A stretch of 39,179 nucleotides of DNA from Escherichia phage 500465-1: sequence record NC_049342.1; one strand, given 5' to 3'. The translations under genes were made by a program, and so were the position numbers. Shown here one piece after another: positions 22,305 through 32,560 of the stretch; the stretch's first letter is position 1; each line of letters begins with the position of its first letter. The notes beneath the pieces are model-generated. The model saw only the letters and a list, made by a program, of their open reading frames with translations. It was not told where the DNA came from and did not search any database.

Positions 22305-23477
22305 ATGGCTCAGGATTACCACCACGGGGTGCACGTTGTTGAAGTCAACGAAGGCACCCGATCTATTACCACGGTGAGCACCGCCATCGTGGGTATGGTC
22401 TGCACGGGCGATGATGCCGATGCAAAAATGTTTCCTCTTAATAAACCCGTGCTGATCACTGATGTGCTGACTGCCAGCGGTAAAGCGGGTGAGTCAGGTA
22501 CTCTGGCCCGTTCGCTGGATGCCATCGCTGACCAGGCAAAACCCGTGACCATTGTTGTGCGTGTGCCGCAGGGTGAAACGGAAGACGAAACCACGACCAA
22601 TATCATCGGCGCAGTGACTGCTGAAGGTAAAAAAACAGGTATGAAAGCCCTGTTATCTGCCCAGTCACAGCTCGGCGTTAAACCGCGCATTCTCGGCGTG
22701 CCAGGCCACGACACCAAGGCGGTAGCTACTGAGTTGCTGAGCGTGGCGCAAAGCCTGCGTGGATTTGCTTACCTGTCAGCGTATGGCTGCAAGACAGTGC
22801 AGGAGGCGATCACTTACCGCGAAAACTTCAGCCAGCGCGAAGGGATGCTGATCTGGCCTGACTTTACTGGCTGGGACACGGTGCTGAATGCCGAAGCAAC
22901 GGCATATGCCACCGCCCGTGCGCTTGGTCTGCGCGCCAAAATTGACGAGCAGACCGGATGGCACAAAAGCCTGTCCAACGTGGGCGTGAACGGTGTCACC
23001 GGAATTTCTGCAGATGTGTTCTGGGATCTGCAGGACCCGGCAACCGATGCAGGTCTGCTGAACCAGAACGACGTCACCACGCTTGTGCGTAAAGACGGTT
23101 TCCGCTTCTGGGGTTCCCGCTGCCTGAGTGATGACCCGCTCTTTGCCTTCGAAAACTACACCCGCACGGCGCAGGTGCTGATGGACACGATGGCAGAAGC
23201 ACACATGTGGGCGGTGGATAAACCGCTTAACCCGTCGCTGGCCCGCGACATTATCGAAGGTATCCGCGCCAAAATGCGCAGCCTGGTCAGTCAGGGCTAT
23301 CTCATTGGTGGTGATTGCTGGCTGGATGAGTCGGTGAACGACAAAGACACGCTGAAAGCCGGAAAACTCACCATCGACTACGACTACACGCCAGTGCCGC
23401 CACTTGAAAACCTGATGCTGCGTCAGCGCATCACCGATCAGTACCTGGTGAATTTCGCCAGCCAGGTCAGCGCGTAA
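22305..23477 (+). CDS. FI: Tail sheath protein, P2 gpFI homolog
   Basis: [49 protein letters not shown] matches FI. Confidence 0.9.
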   Translation: MAQDYHHGVHVVEVNEGTRSITTVSTAIVGMVCTGDDADAKMFPLNKPVLITDVLTASGKAGESGTLARSLDAIADQAKPVTIVVRVPQGETEDETTTNIIGAVTAEGKKTGMKALLSAQSQLGVKPRILGVPGHDTKAVATELLSVAQSLRGFAYLSAYGCKTVQEAITYRENFSQREGMLIWPDFTGWDTVLNAEATAYATARALGLRAKIDEQTGWHKSLSNVGVNGVTGISADVFWDLQDPATDAGLLNQNDVTTLVRKDGFRFWGSRCLSDDPLFAFENYTRTAQVLMDTMAEAHMWAVDKPLNPSLARDIIEGIRAKMRSLVSQGYLIGGDCWLDESVNDKDTLKAGKLTIDYDYTPVPPLENLMLRQRITDQYLVNFASQVSA

Positions 23478-23486
23478 GGGGACAAC

Positions 23487-24002
23487 ATGGCTTTACCACG
23501 CAAATTAAAACACCTGAACCTGTTTAACGACGGGAACAACTGGCAGGGGATCGTTGAGTCGCTGACGCTGCCGAAATTTACCCGCAAATATGAGAAGTAT
23601 CGCGGCGGCGGAATGCCGGGTGCGGTGGATGTGGAGCTGGGGCTTGATGACAGTGCGCTGGACACAGAATTTTCCATTGGTGGTACTGAATTGCTGCTGT
23701 TTAAACAGATGGGTAAAGCCACGGTGGATGGCATCCAGCTGCGCTTTACCGGCTCTATTCAGCGTGACGATACCGGGGAAGTGCAGGCCGTGGAGCTTGT
23801 CGTGCGTGGACGTCACAAAGAAGTGGATTCCGGCGAGTGGAAGACGGGCGAAAGCAACACCACCAAAGTGACCAGTACCAACAGCTACGCGAAGCTGACC
23901 ATCAATGGTGAGGTGCTCTATGAAGTGGACCTTATCAACATGGTGGAAATTGTGGACGGTGTGGACCTGATGGAAGCGCACCGCAACGCCCTCGGCCTCT
24001 GA
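23487..24002 (+). CDS. FII: Tail tube protein, P2 gpFII homolog
   Basis: 171 aa in the FII position; RBS AAGGGG. Confidence 0.85.
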   Translation: MALPRKLKHLNLFNDGNNWQGIVESLTLPKFTRKYEKYRGGGMPGAVDVELGLDDSALDTEFSIGGTELLLFKQMGKATVDGIQLRFTGSIQRDDTGEVQAVELVVRGRHKEVDSGEWKTGESNTTKVTSTNSYAKLTINGEVLYEVDLINMVEIVDGVDLMEAHRNALGL

Positions 24003-24056
24003 TATATCTGAACGGCGCGGGATACCGCGCCAGAACCCAATTGACAGGACAGCAAA

Positions 24057-24359
24057 ATGAGCGATAAGCAGACTGAAAAGACCATTCAACTGGATACCCC
24101 CATCAAGCGCGGTAAAACAGAAATCACCGAAATTGTGCTGCGTAAACCGCAGTCCGGTGCGCTGCGCGGTACACGCCTGCAGGCCATTATGGATATGGAT
24201 GTAAACGCGATGATGACCGTGATCCCCCGCATCTCCAGTCCGGCACTGACTGCACAGGAAATTGCAGAGATGGACCCGGCAGATCTCACTGCCATGTCGG
24301 TTGAGGTTGTCACTTTTTTGTTGAAGAAGTCGGTGCTTGCCGGTTTACCGACAGCCTGA
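24057..24359 (+). CDS. E: Tail assembly chaperone, P2 gpE homolog
   Basis: 100 aa; slippery TTTTTTG near the 3' end. Confidence 0.8.
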   Translation: MSDKQTEKTIQLDTPIKRGKTEITEIVLRKPQSGALRGTRLQAIMDMDVNAMMTVIPRISSPALTAQEIAEMDPADLTAMSVEVVTFLLKKSVLAGLPTA

Positions 24360-24493
24360 CGGTTGACGATCTGGTGGCAGATATCGCCACCATTTTTCAC
24401 TGGCCGCCATCCGTTACTGACGTTATGCCGCTGACCGAAGTGCTGGAATGGCGGTATAAAGCGATTCAGAGAAGCGGGGCCAACGATGAGTGA
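24057..24493 (+). CDS. Tail assembly chaperone E+E' (programmed -1 frameshift product)
   Basis: -1 shift at TTTTTTG (24314-24320) gives ...ADIATIFHWPPSVTDVMPLTEVLEWRYKAIQRSGANDE, ending inside the T start. Confidence 0.65.
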
Positions 24494-27400
24494 TAACAAC
24501 CTGCGTCTGCAGGTCATTCTTAATGCGGTTGACAAGCTCACCCGCCCATTTCGATCTGCGCAGGCCAGTTCAAGAGAACTGGCTGCTGCTGTCAAAAAAT
24601 CCCGCGATGCAATAAAGCAGCTTGATCAGGCCGGGAGCAGTCTGGACAGCTTCCGAAAGCTGCAGGCAGAAAATCAGAAATTAGGCGACAGGCTGAACTA
24701 TGCCCGCCAGCGTGCAAATTTGCTCAGTCAGGAACTGGGAGCGATGGGGCCGCCTTCGCAACGTCAGGTTGTTGCTCTGGGCCGTCAACGGCTGGCTGTT
24801 CAGCGCCTGGAAGAACGCCAGAAAAAGCTGCAGCAGCAGACGGCGCTTGTGCGTGCTGAACTGTACCGGGCGGGAATTTCTGCGAAAGACGATGCGGGAG
24901 CAACTGCCCGTTTAGCCCGTGAAACATCACGTTATAACCAGGAACTTTCGAAACAGGAGGCGCGGCTGAAGCGACTGGGGGAAGCTCAGCGCAGGATGAA
25001 TGCAGCGCGTGCCAGTTATGCCCGTTCGCTGGAGGTGCGTGATCGTATTGCAGGTGCCGGAGCCACCACCACGGCTGCAGGGCTGGCAATGGGTGCGCCA
25101 GTGATGGCGGCAGTAAAAAGCTATACCAGCATGGAAGATGCCATGAAAGGTGTGGCAAAGCAGGTCAATGGTCTGCGTGACGATAATGGCAACCGCACTG
25201 CACGTTTTTATGAAATGCAGGATGCCATCAAGGCTGCCAGCGAACAGTTGCCGATGGAAAACGGTGCGGTGGACTTCGCTGCACTGGTTGAAGGTGGTGC
25301 GCGCATGAACGTCGCAAACCCTGACGACAGCTGGGAAGATCAGAAACGTGACCTGCTGGCCTTCGCCAGTACGGCAGCAAAGGCGGCAACAGCCTTTGAG
25401 CTGCCAGCGGATGAACTGTCAGAAAGTCTGGGGAAAATCGCCCAGCTCTACAAAATCCCCACCCGCAATATTGAACAGCTCGGTGATGCGCTGAACTATC
25501 TGGATGATAACGCCATGTCGAAAGGGGCAGACATCATTGATGTGATGCAACGTCTGGGCGGTGTGGCTGACCGTCTGGATTATCGTAAAGCGGCGGCGCT
25601 GGGTTCCACCTTCCTGACACTGGGCGCTGCGCCAGAGGTTGCAGCCAGTGCAGCAAACGCGATGGTGCGTGAATTGTCCATTGCCACCATGCAAAGCAAG
25701 AGTTTCTTTGAAGGGATGAATCTGCTGAAACTCAATCCTGAAGTGATTGAAAAGCAGATGACGAAGGATGCGATGGGAACCATCCAGCGCGTGCTGGAGA
25801 AGGTAAACGCGCTGCCGCAGGACAAGCGCCTGTCTGCCATGACTATGTTGTTTGGTAAAGAGTTTGGCGATGACGCGGCGAAACTGGCAAACAACCTGCC
25901 GGAACTGCAGCGTCAGTTAAAACTGACAGCGGGCAATGATGCGCTTGGCTCCATGCAGAAAGAATCCGACATTAACAAGGATTCACTTTCTGCGCAGTGG
26001 TTGCTGGTCAAAACCGGAGCGCAGAACACCTTCAGCAGCCTGGGCGAAACGCTGCGCCAGCCGCTGATGGATATTCTGTACACGGTGAAAAGCGTCACGG
26101 GGGCGTTGCGTCGCTGGGTGGAAGCTAACCCGGAACTGACAGGCACACTGATGAAAGCATCGGCTGTTGTGGCTGCGGTTACCGTCGGCCTCGGCACCTT
26201 AGCGGTGGCGCTGGCTGCAGTGCTGGGGCCGCTGGCAGTGATCCGTCTGGGATTCTCTGTGTTGGGTATCAAAACGTTATCTTCCGTTACGGCAGCAGTA
26301 ACTCGAACCAGCAGCGCGTTGTCCTGGCTGGCTGGCGCACCACTGGCACTGCTGCGACGCGGGCTTGCTTCATCGGGCAACGCCGCAGGTTTACTTACTG
26401 CGCCGTTGTCGTCTTTGCGCCGCACGGCATCACTGACGGGAAATGTCCTGAAAACTGTAGCAGGTGCGCCGGTTGCACTTTTGCGGTCTGGATTATCCGG
26501 TTTACGTGCTGTTGCTGTGATGTTTATGAATCCTCTGGCGGTACTGCGCGGTGGACTGGCCGCCGCAGGCACGGTGCTGCGAGTACTGGCATCTGGTCCA
26601 CTGGCGATGCTGCGCGTTGCCCTGTATGCCATATCTGGTCTGTTAGGTGCTCTGCTCAGTCCGATAGGTCTTGTGGTTACTGCACTGGCGGGCGTGGCGC
26701 TGGTTGTCTGGAAATACTGGCAACCCATCACCGCATTTCTCGGTGGCGTGGTGGAAGGATTCAAAGCGGCGGCAGGTCCCATCAGTGCAGCGTTCGAACC
26801 GCTTAAGCCCGTGTTCCAGTGGATTGGCGACAAAGTGCAGGCGCTGTGGGGCTGGTTTACTGATCTGCTGACGCCCGTTAAGTCGACCTCTGCCGAACTG
26901 CAGAGCGCAGCGGCAATGGGGCGGCGATTCGGGGAGGCACTGGCGGAAGGGCTGAATATGGTCATGCATCCGCTGGACTCCCTGAAATCCGGCGTTTCCT
27001 GGTTGCTGGAGAAGCTCGGCATTGTCAGTAAAGAGGCCGCAAAGGCAAAACTGCCGGAAAGCGTGACGCGTCAGCAACCTGCGACGGTGAATGCAGACGG
27101 TAAAGTGATGATGCCATCGGGTGGTTTTCCATCATGGGGATATGGCTTTGCGGGGATGTATGACAGCGGCGGGTATATCCCGCGCGGGCAGTTTGGCATC
27201 GTCGGTGAAAACGGGCCGGAAATTGTTAACGGCCCGGCAAATGTGACCAGCCGGAGAAATACAGCTGCACTGGCTGCCGTTGTTGCCGGAATGATGGGCG
27301 TTGCTGCCGCGCCAGCAGAGCTTCCACCGTTGCACCCCTTGGCACTTCCCGCGAAAGGTGGAGAAGCAATTGTGAGTCGCGCAGCCACTGTGCCACTCGT

Positions 27401-27563
27401 TCAACGGATTGAGGCACCGACGCAGATCATCATTCAGACGCAGCCAGGACAAAGTGCGCAGGATATTGCGCGGGAGGTGGCACGCCAACTTGATGAACGT
27501 GAACGCAGGCTGAAGGCAAAAGCCAGGAGTAACTACAGCGATCAGGGGGGATACGACGCATGA
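24486..27563 (+). CDS. T: Tail tape measure protein, P2 gpT homolog
   Basis: 1025 aa; coiled-coil N-terminal region, hydrophobic repeat core, position between E/E' and U. Confidence 0.85.
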   Translation: MSDNNLRLQVILNAVDKLTRPFRSAQASSRELAAAVKKSRDAIKQLDQAGSSLDSFRKLQAENQKLGDRLNYARQRANLLSQELGAMGPPSQRQVVALGRQRLAVQRLEERQKKLQQQTALVRAELYRAGISAKDDAGATARLARETSRYNQELSKQEARLKRLGEAQRRMNAARASYARSLEVRDRIAGAGATTTAAGLAMGAPVMAAVKSYTSMEDAMKGVAKQVNGLRDDNGNRTARFYEMQDAIKAASEQLPMENGAVDFAALVEGGARMNVANPDDSWEDQKRDLLAFASTAAKAATAFELPADELSESLGKIAQLYKIPTRNIEQLGDALNYLDDNAMSKGADIIDVMQRLGGVADRLDYRKAAALGSTFLTLGAAPEVAASAANAMVRELSIATMQSKSFFEGMNLLKLNPEVIEKQMTKDAMGTIQRVLEKVNALPQDKRLSAMTMLFGKEFGDDAAKLANNLPELQRQLKLTAGNDALGSMQKESDINKDSLSAQWLLVKTGAQNTFSSLGETLRQPLMDILYTVKSVTGALRRWVEANPELTGTLMKASAVVAAVTVGLGTLAVALAAVLGPLAVIRLGFSVLGIKTLSSVTAAVTRTSSALSWLAGAPLALLRRGLASSGNAAGLLTAPLSSLRRTASLTGNVLKTVAGAPVALLRSGLSGLRAVAVMFMNPLAVLRGGLAAAGTVLRVLASGPLAMLRVALYAISGLLGALLSPIGLVVTALAGVALVVWKYWQPITAFLGGVVEGFKAAAGPISAAFEPLKPVFQWIGDKVQALWGWFTDLLTPVKSTSAELQSAAAMGRRFGEALAEGLNMVMHPLDSLKSGVSWLLEKLGIVSKEAAKAKLPESVTRQQPATVNADGKVMMPSGGFPSWGYGFAGMYDSGGYIPRGQFGIVGENGPEIVNGPANVTSRRNTAALAAVVAGMMGVAAAPAELPPLHPLALPAKGGEAIVSRAATVPLVQRIEAPTQIIIQTQPGQSAQDIAREVARQLDERERRLKAKARSNYSDQGGYDA

Positions 27564-28045
27564 TGATGGTGCTGGGATTGTACGTGTTTATGCTGCGCAC
27601 CGTTCCGTATCAGGAACTGCAGTATCAACGCAGCTGGCGACATGCGGCAAACAGTCGGGTAAACCGACGTCCGTCCATGCAGTTTCTGGGACCGGAAAAC
27701 GACATGCTGACGCTTTCCGGTGTTCTTATGCCGGAAATAACAGGCGGCAGGCTGTCGTTGCTGGCACTGGAGCAGATGGCAGAACAGGGGAAAGCATGGC
27801 CCCTGATTGAAGGCAGCGGCACGATTTACGGCATGTATGTGATTGAGGGACTGAATCAGACTAAAACGGAGTTTTTCCGCGACGGTATGCCGCGCCGGAT
27901 TGAGTTCACCCTGTCGCTCAAACGAGTGGATGAATCCCTGTCCGATATGTTCGGTGATCTCAGTGCGCAACTGAATAATCTGCAGGACACGGCAACGTCT
28001 GCCTTAAGCGATATCAGTAAAACGGTGGGAGGGCTGCTGTCGTGA
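27560..28045 (+). CDS. U: Tail protein, P2 gpU homolog
   Basis: 161 aa in the gpU position. Confidence 0.8.
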   Translation: MMMVLGLYVFMLRTVPYQELQYQRSWRHAANSRVNRRPSMQFLGPENDMLTLSGVLMPEITGGRLSLLALEQMAEQGKAWPLIEGSGTIYGMYVIEGLNQTKTEFFRDGMPRRIEFTLSLKRVDESLSDMFGDLSAQLNNLQDTATSALSDISKTVGGLLS

Positions 28046-29142
28046 ATTTCAGCTCTGAACTGCTTAACAAAGGCAACAAAACTCCCGCATTCAGCATCAG
28101 TATTGAGGGCAGGGATATCACCACTGTGCTGGATAACCGCCTGATGAGTTTGACGCTGACGGATAACCGGGGCTTTGAAGCGGACCAGCTTGATCTGGAG
28201 CTGGATGACGCTGACGGAAAAATCGTGCTGCCGCGCCGTGGTGCGGTTATTACGCTGGCGCTGGGCTGGAAGGGGCAGCCGCTTTTCCCGAAAGGGGCAT
28301 TCACAGTGGACGAGATTGAACACACTGGCGCACCGGACCGCCTGACTATCCGGGCGCGAAGTGCTGATTTTCGGGAAACGCTGAATACCCGCCGTGAAAA
28401 ATCGTGGCATAAGACCACCGTCGGGGAAGTGGTGAAGGAAATAGCCGCGCGGCACAAGCTGAAGATGGCCCTGGGTAAAGACCTGTCGGATAAGCCCGTG
28501 GAGCATATAGACCAGACTAATGAGAGTGACGGCAGTTTTCTGATGCGGCTGGCGCGACAGTACGGTGCCATCGCGTCGGTGAAAAATGGCAATCTGTTAT
28601 TCATCCGGCAGGGGCAGGGCAAAAGCGCCACTGGTAAACCTCTGCCAGTGATCACTATCACACGCAAGGACGGCGACAGTCACCGATTTACCCTGGCAGA
28701 TCGCGGAGCCTACACGGGCGTAATTGCCAGCTGGTTGCATACCCGCGAACCTGCGAAGAAAGAAAGCACCACGGTGAAGCGTAAGCGCAGAACTAAGAAG
28801 CAGAAGAAAGAGCCGGAAGCGAAGCAGGGCGATTACCTGGTGGGTACGGATGAAAACGTGCTGGTACTTAATCGCACTTATGCCAACCGGAGCAACGCTG
28901 AACGGGCAGCGAAAATGCAGTGGGAACGCCTGCAACGCGGCGTTGCGTCATTCTCGCTACAACTGGCGGAAGGGCGGGCAGATCTTTACACGGAAATGCC
29001 AGTGAAAGTTAGTGGCTTTAAACAACCGATAGATGATGCGGAATGGACCATTACGACTCTGACTCATACCGTCAGCCCGGATAATGGTTTTACGACCAGT
29101 ATTGAACTCGAAGTGAAGATTGATGATCTTGAAATGGAATAA
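28042..29142 (+). CDS. D: Tail protein / late control protein, P2 gpD homolog
   Basis: 366 aa in the gpD position; GTG start. Confidence 0.8.
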   Translation: MNFSSELLNKGNKTPAFSISIEGRDITTVLDNRLMSLTLTDNRGFEADQLDLELDDADGKIVLPRRGAVITLALGWKGQPLFPKGAFTVDEIEHTGAPDRLTIRARSADFRETLNTRREKSWHKTTVGEVVKEIAARHKLKMALGKDLSDKPVEHIDQTNESDGSFLMRLARQYGAIASVKNGNLLFIRQGQGKSATGKPLPVITITRKDGDSHRFTLADRGAYTGVIASWLHTREPAKKESTTVKRKRRTKKQKKEPEAKQGDYLVGTDENVLVLNRTYANRSNAERAAKMQWERLQRGVASFSLQLAEGRADLYTEMPVKVSGFKQPIDDAEWTITTLTHTVSPDNGFTTSIELEVKIDDLEME

Positions 29143-29210
29143 AGTGTTCTCAATATTGATATTTTGTGTATCATTACAATGATGCTGATAGCAAAAGTAG
29201 GGATCTGGAT

Positions 29211-29429
29211 ATGATGAATTGTCCAAAGTGTGGTCATGCGGCACACACAAGGAGCAGTTTTCAAGTAACTGAAAGCACCAAAGAGCGTTACTGCCAGTGC
29301 CAAAATATTAACTGCGGGAGCACTTTTGTTACCCATGAAACAGTGGTCCGGTTTATTGTGACACCCGCACTGATTGCTACTGCTCCTCCACATCCATTGC
29401 CAGGTGGTCAGGGGCATATGAATTTTTGA
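29211..29429 (+). CDS. ogr: Late-gene transcriptional activator Ogr (zinc finger)
   Basis: MMNCPKCGHAAHTRSS...KERYCQCQNINCGSTFVTHETVVRFIV...PHPLPGGQ matches P2 Ogr. Confidence 0.85.
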   Translation: MMNCPKCGHAAHTRSSFQVTESTKERYCQCQNINCGSTFVTHETVVRFIVTPALIATAPPHPLPGGQGHMNF

Positions 29430-29436
29430 GAAAGAG

Positions 29437-29460
29437 AACCTGCTACGGCAGGTTTTTATT
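29437..29460. terminator. Rho-independent terminator between ogr and the convergent WYL/BRCT gene
   Basis: AACCTGC-TACG-GCAGGTT followed by TTTATT. Confidence 0.55.
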
Positions 29461-29938
29461 CATCTGGGATCTCACCCGTTTCAAGAAAATGTATAAAGCC
29501 AGGCTCATCTATGATGATTGTGCCTTTCATCCTGGCTGCCGATACTTTTGATGGGCCTGCATTGTAACCGCAACAGAGCATCTGAAGGCTTTGGGTTACA
29601 GAGGTTCTTACCGTTAATCCTTGTTCATTCGCCTTATCAACCAATCTTTCTTTATCTGCTTTTTTAAATCCGGTGAAACACACATCGAATGTATTTTTTT
29701 TCGGACCAGACTGCTTAGTGAGATGTGAGTATTTTTCGGGGAGGAATGACGCGCATTCCTGAATGGCTTGTTCTGGTGAATCGTACTGTTTAAGAATGCG
29801 GTCTTTTCGGAAGGTTTTTATTCGATCGGTGTTCTTACAAATGCCCTGTATATGATTTTCGCTATAACTGATGCTCTGTATTGAGTGAACTCCGATACGA
29901 CCATTTGCATTGATGTAAACAAAGTGAAGTTCTTCCAT
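29456..29938 (-). CDS. Small WYL-like plus BRCT-like domain protein (160 aa), function unknown
   Basis: RBS AAGAGG; N-terminal half with TFRKDRI motif (WYL-like), C-terminal half VCFTGF...GTIIIDEPGFIHF (BRCT-like). Confidence 0.6.
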   Translation of the reverse strand: MEELHFVYINANGRIGVHSIQSISYSENHIQGICKNTDRIKTFRKDRILKQYDSPEQAIQECASFLPEKYSHLTKQSGPKKNTFDVCFTGFKKADKERLVDKANEQGLTVRTSVTQSLQMLCCGYNAGPSKVSAARMKGTIIIDEPGFIHFLETGEIPDE

Positions 29939-30020
29939 GTGAAACCTCTTTGCATGATTTCAAGAGGGCGACAGGCAAGATAGACGCAAAAGTCTGTCGC
30001 CATTTTGCCGCCACTACCAA

Positions 30021-30052
30021 AGAAAAAGGGGCTACGCTTTCACGTAACCCCT
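30021..30052 (-). terminator. Rho-independent terminator downstream of ssrA
   Basis: On the minus strand AAGGGGTTACG-loop-CGTAGCCCCTT followed by a T-run. Confidence 0.45.
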
Positions 30053-30061
30053 TGTTTTATT

Positions 30062-30424
30062 TGGTGGAGCTGGCGGGAGTTGAACCCGCGTCCGAAATTC
30101 CTACATCCTCGGTACTACATGCTTAGTCAGTCTTTACATTCGCTTGCCAGCTGCGGACGGACACGCCACTAACAAACTAGCCTGATTAAGTTTTAACGCT
30201 TCAACCCCAGGCAGGGCTTCCACGCGATCTCTTTTGGGTTTGACCTCTCTTGATCCCCGTCCTAAGAGCGGAGGCTAGGGAGAGAGGGCTCTAAGCAGGT
30301 TATTAAGCTGCTAAAGCGTAGTTTTCGTCGTTTGCGACTATTTTTTGCGGCTTTTTACGAGGCCAACCGCCCCTCGGCATGCACCTTGGGTTTCGCAAAT
30401 CCCGTCGAATCCAGAATCAGCCCC
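30062..30424 (-). ncRNA. ssrA: tmRNA (SsrA)
   Basis: Reverse complement reads GGGGCTGATTCTGGATTCGACGGG...GGGTTCAACTCCCGCCAGCTCCACCA, the E. coli tmRNA. Confidence 0.95.
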
Positions 30425-30638
30425 AATGTGTAAAGGTAAGTATACCAGATTTATGAGCGCCATGACCAGCCTCAATGGCGTTATCGTTAAAGATTTAGCA
30501 CCCATGTAGCCTGATTTTTATTCGATTAAGCAATGGGATGGCAACATTTGTGTCGGATGTGATAGCCAATAAGATGTTCATTCGCGCCGCCGGAGAGGGA
30601 GGCGCGGTGAGGAACTGGTCAATAATTGGAGTGCAGGT

Positions 30639-31121
30639 TTAACGGTGGGCGTTTTTCATGATACGTGCTTTATCCACCTGCCATTCGCGTTCTTTGATAT
30701 CTGAACGTTTATCGTGCTGTTTTTTACCTTTGGCGACGCCGATTTTCACTTTGCACCAGGCATTTTTCCAGTACAGGGAGAGCGCCACTACGGTATAGCC
30801 TTCTCGATTGACGCGACCGTACAATGAGTCCAGTTCGCGCTGGTTGAGAAGTAACTTGCGGGTACGGGTAGGATCGCACACCACATGCGTGGAGGCCACG
30901 GCCATTGGCGTGATGTTAGCGCCAAACAGAAATGCCTCTCCGTCACGCAGAAGGACGTAGCTGTCGCTGATATTGGCTTTTCCTGCGCGCAGGGATTTAA
31001 CCTCCCAGCCTTGCAGGGCAAGTCCCGCTTCGAACTCTTCTTCGATAAAGTATTCGTGACGGGCGCGCTTGTTAAGCGCGATGGTCGCTGAACCAGGTTT
31101 ATGTGCTTTTTTCTTCGTCAT
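30639..31121 (-). CDS. smpB: SsrA-binding protein SmpB
   Basis: 160 aa, near-identical to E. coli SmpB. Confidence 0.95.
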
Positions 31122-31252
31122 AAGCGTCGTGAATCATCGGTAATCTGAAATCGAAAACACCCCATATCAATCCTGCGGGGGACAAGGCTCTATCTTAGCA
31201 TGAACCCGATGTTACCCAGCGCCGGGATAGCGTTTTTTTTACAGCAGGATAA

Positions 31253-31729
31253 ATGATATTATTCGTTGGATTTTTGTTGATGGAAATTGTTATGCCTCAG
31301 ATTAGCCGGACCGCACTGGTACCCTACAGCGCGGAGCAAATGTATCAGTTAGTGAATGACGTTCAGTCTTATCCTCAGTTTTTGCCGGGTTGTACCGGAA
31401 GTCGGATTCTGGAGTCCACTCCTGGTCAGATGACTGCGGCGGTAGATGTCTCTAAGGCTGGGATCAGCAAAACGTTTACTACCCGCAACCAGTTGACCAG
31501 TAACCAAAGTATTCTTATGAATCTGGTGGATGGGCCGTTCAAGAAATTGATTGGTGGATGGAAGTTTACGCCGCTGAGCCAGGAGGCGTGTCGTATCGAG
31601 TTTCATCTCGACTTTGAGTTTACCAATAAGTTGATTGAACTCGCCTTTGGTCGCGTGTTTAAAGAGCTGGCGTCTAATATGGTCCAGGCTTTTACGGTTC
31701 GTGCGAAAGAGGTTTACAGTGCCAGGTAA
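31253..31729 (+). CDS. ratA: Ribosome association toxin RatA (YfjG)
   Basis: 158 aa matching E. coli RatA/YfjG. Confidence 0.85.
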   Translation: MILFVGFLLMEIVMPQISRTALVPYSAEQMYQLVNDVQSYPQFLPGCTGSRILESTPGQMTAAVDVSKAGISKTFTTRNQLTSNQSILMNLVDGPFKKLIGGWKFTPLSQEACRIEFHLDFEFTNKLIELAFGRVFKELASNMVQAFTVRAKEVYSAR

Positions 31730-32009
31730 AATTGCCGTTGAGGTGGCTTATGCGCTACCTGAGAAGCAGTACCTGCAGCGCGTGACGCTGCAGGAGGGCG
31801 CGACGGTTGAAGAAGCTATTCGCGCCAGTGGCTTGCTGGAATTGCGTACCGATATCGATTTAACTAAAAACAAAGTCGGCATTTACAGCCGTCCGGCAAA
31901 ACTAAGCGATAGTGTGCATGATGGCGATCGGGTGGAGATTTATCGCCCTCTCATTGCCGATCCGAAAGAGCTTCGCAGGCAACGAGCAGAAAAATCAGCG
32001 AATAAATAA
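31719..32009 (+). CDS. ratB: RnfH-family protein RatB (YfjF)
   Basis: GTG start overlapping the ratA end; [25 protein letters not shown]... Confidence 0.75.
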
Positions 32010-32021
32010 CAGACAGAAAAA

Positions 32022-32046
32022 AGGTGCTCATTGAGCACCTTTTTTA
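32022..32046. terminator. Bidirectional Rho-independent terminator between ratB and bamE
   Basis: AGGTGCTCA-T-TGAGCACCT followed by TTTTTT. Confidence 0.55.
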
Positions 32047-32070
32047 ACGTCTTTGAGAGCAACTTTATTA

Positions 32071-32412
32071 TTAGTTACCACTCAGCGCAGGTTTGTTATC
32101 AATATTGGTCAACACACCGCTACTGTTAAAGGTCAGCGTCAGCGTTTGCTGCGTTACACCTTCATGACCTGGTTGCTGGCGGAAGACATAGAACCAGGTA
32201 TTCGTACCAAATGGATCGGACATCAGCGGTGTACCCAATGCGTACGCAACTTGTTGTTGCGTCATGCCAACACGTATTTTGGATACGTCGTTAGCGGTCA
32301 GATAGTTCCCCTGGTTGATGTCAGGACGGTAAACCACTCGCTCCAGAGTGGAACAGCCTGCGGTCAACATCAATAGTACTGCTGCTGCAGCAGTCAGCGT
32401 TTTACAGCGCAT
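32071..32412 (-). CDS. bamE: Outer membrane protein assembly factor BamE (SmpA)
   Basis: 113 aa with lipobox LTAGC, matches E. coli BamE. Confidence 0.9.
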
Positions 32413-32560
32413 AGTGATTTGATTCCTTTTCGGGCCCGAGCAGTACGTGGCTCATCTGTAATATGCCGATGATAATAGACCTTTCATCACTTTAAAACCT
32501 TTTGCTTTCCGGTCTTACGGCGTTTTGCTGTTTACTCTGACCGTGAAGCAGGAAAAAAGT

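Noticed and set aside
25913-27022. 369-aa minus-strand ORF
   Set aside because: Lies entirely antisense within the tape measure gene; Ala/Ser/Pro/Arg-rich low-complexity translation typical of GC-rich antisense frames; no RBS.
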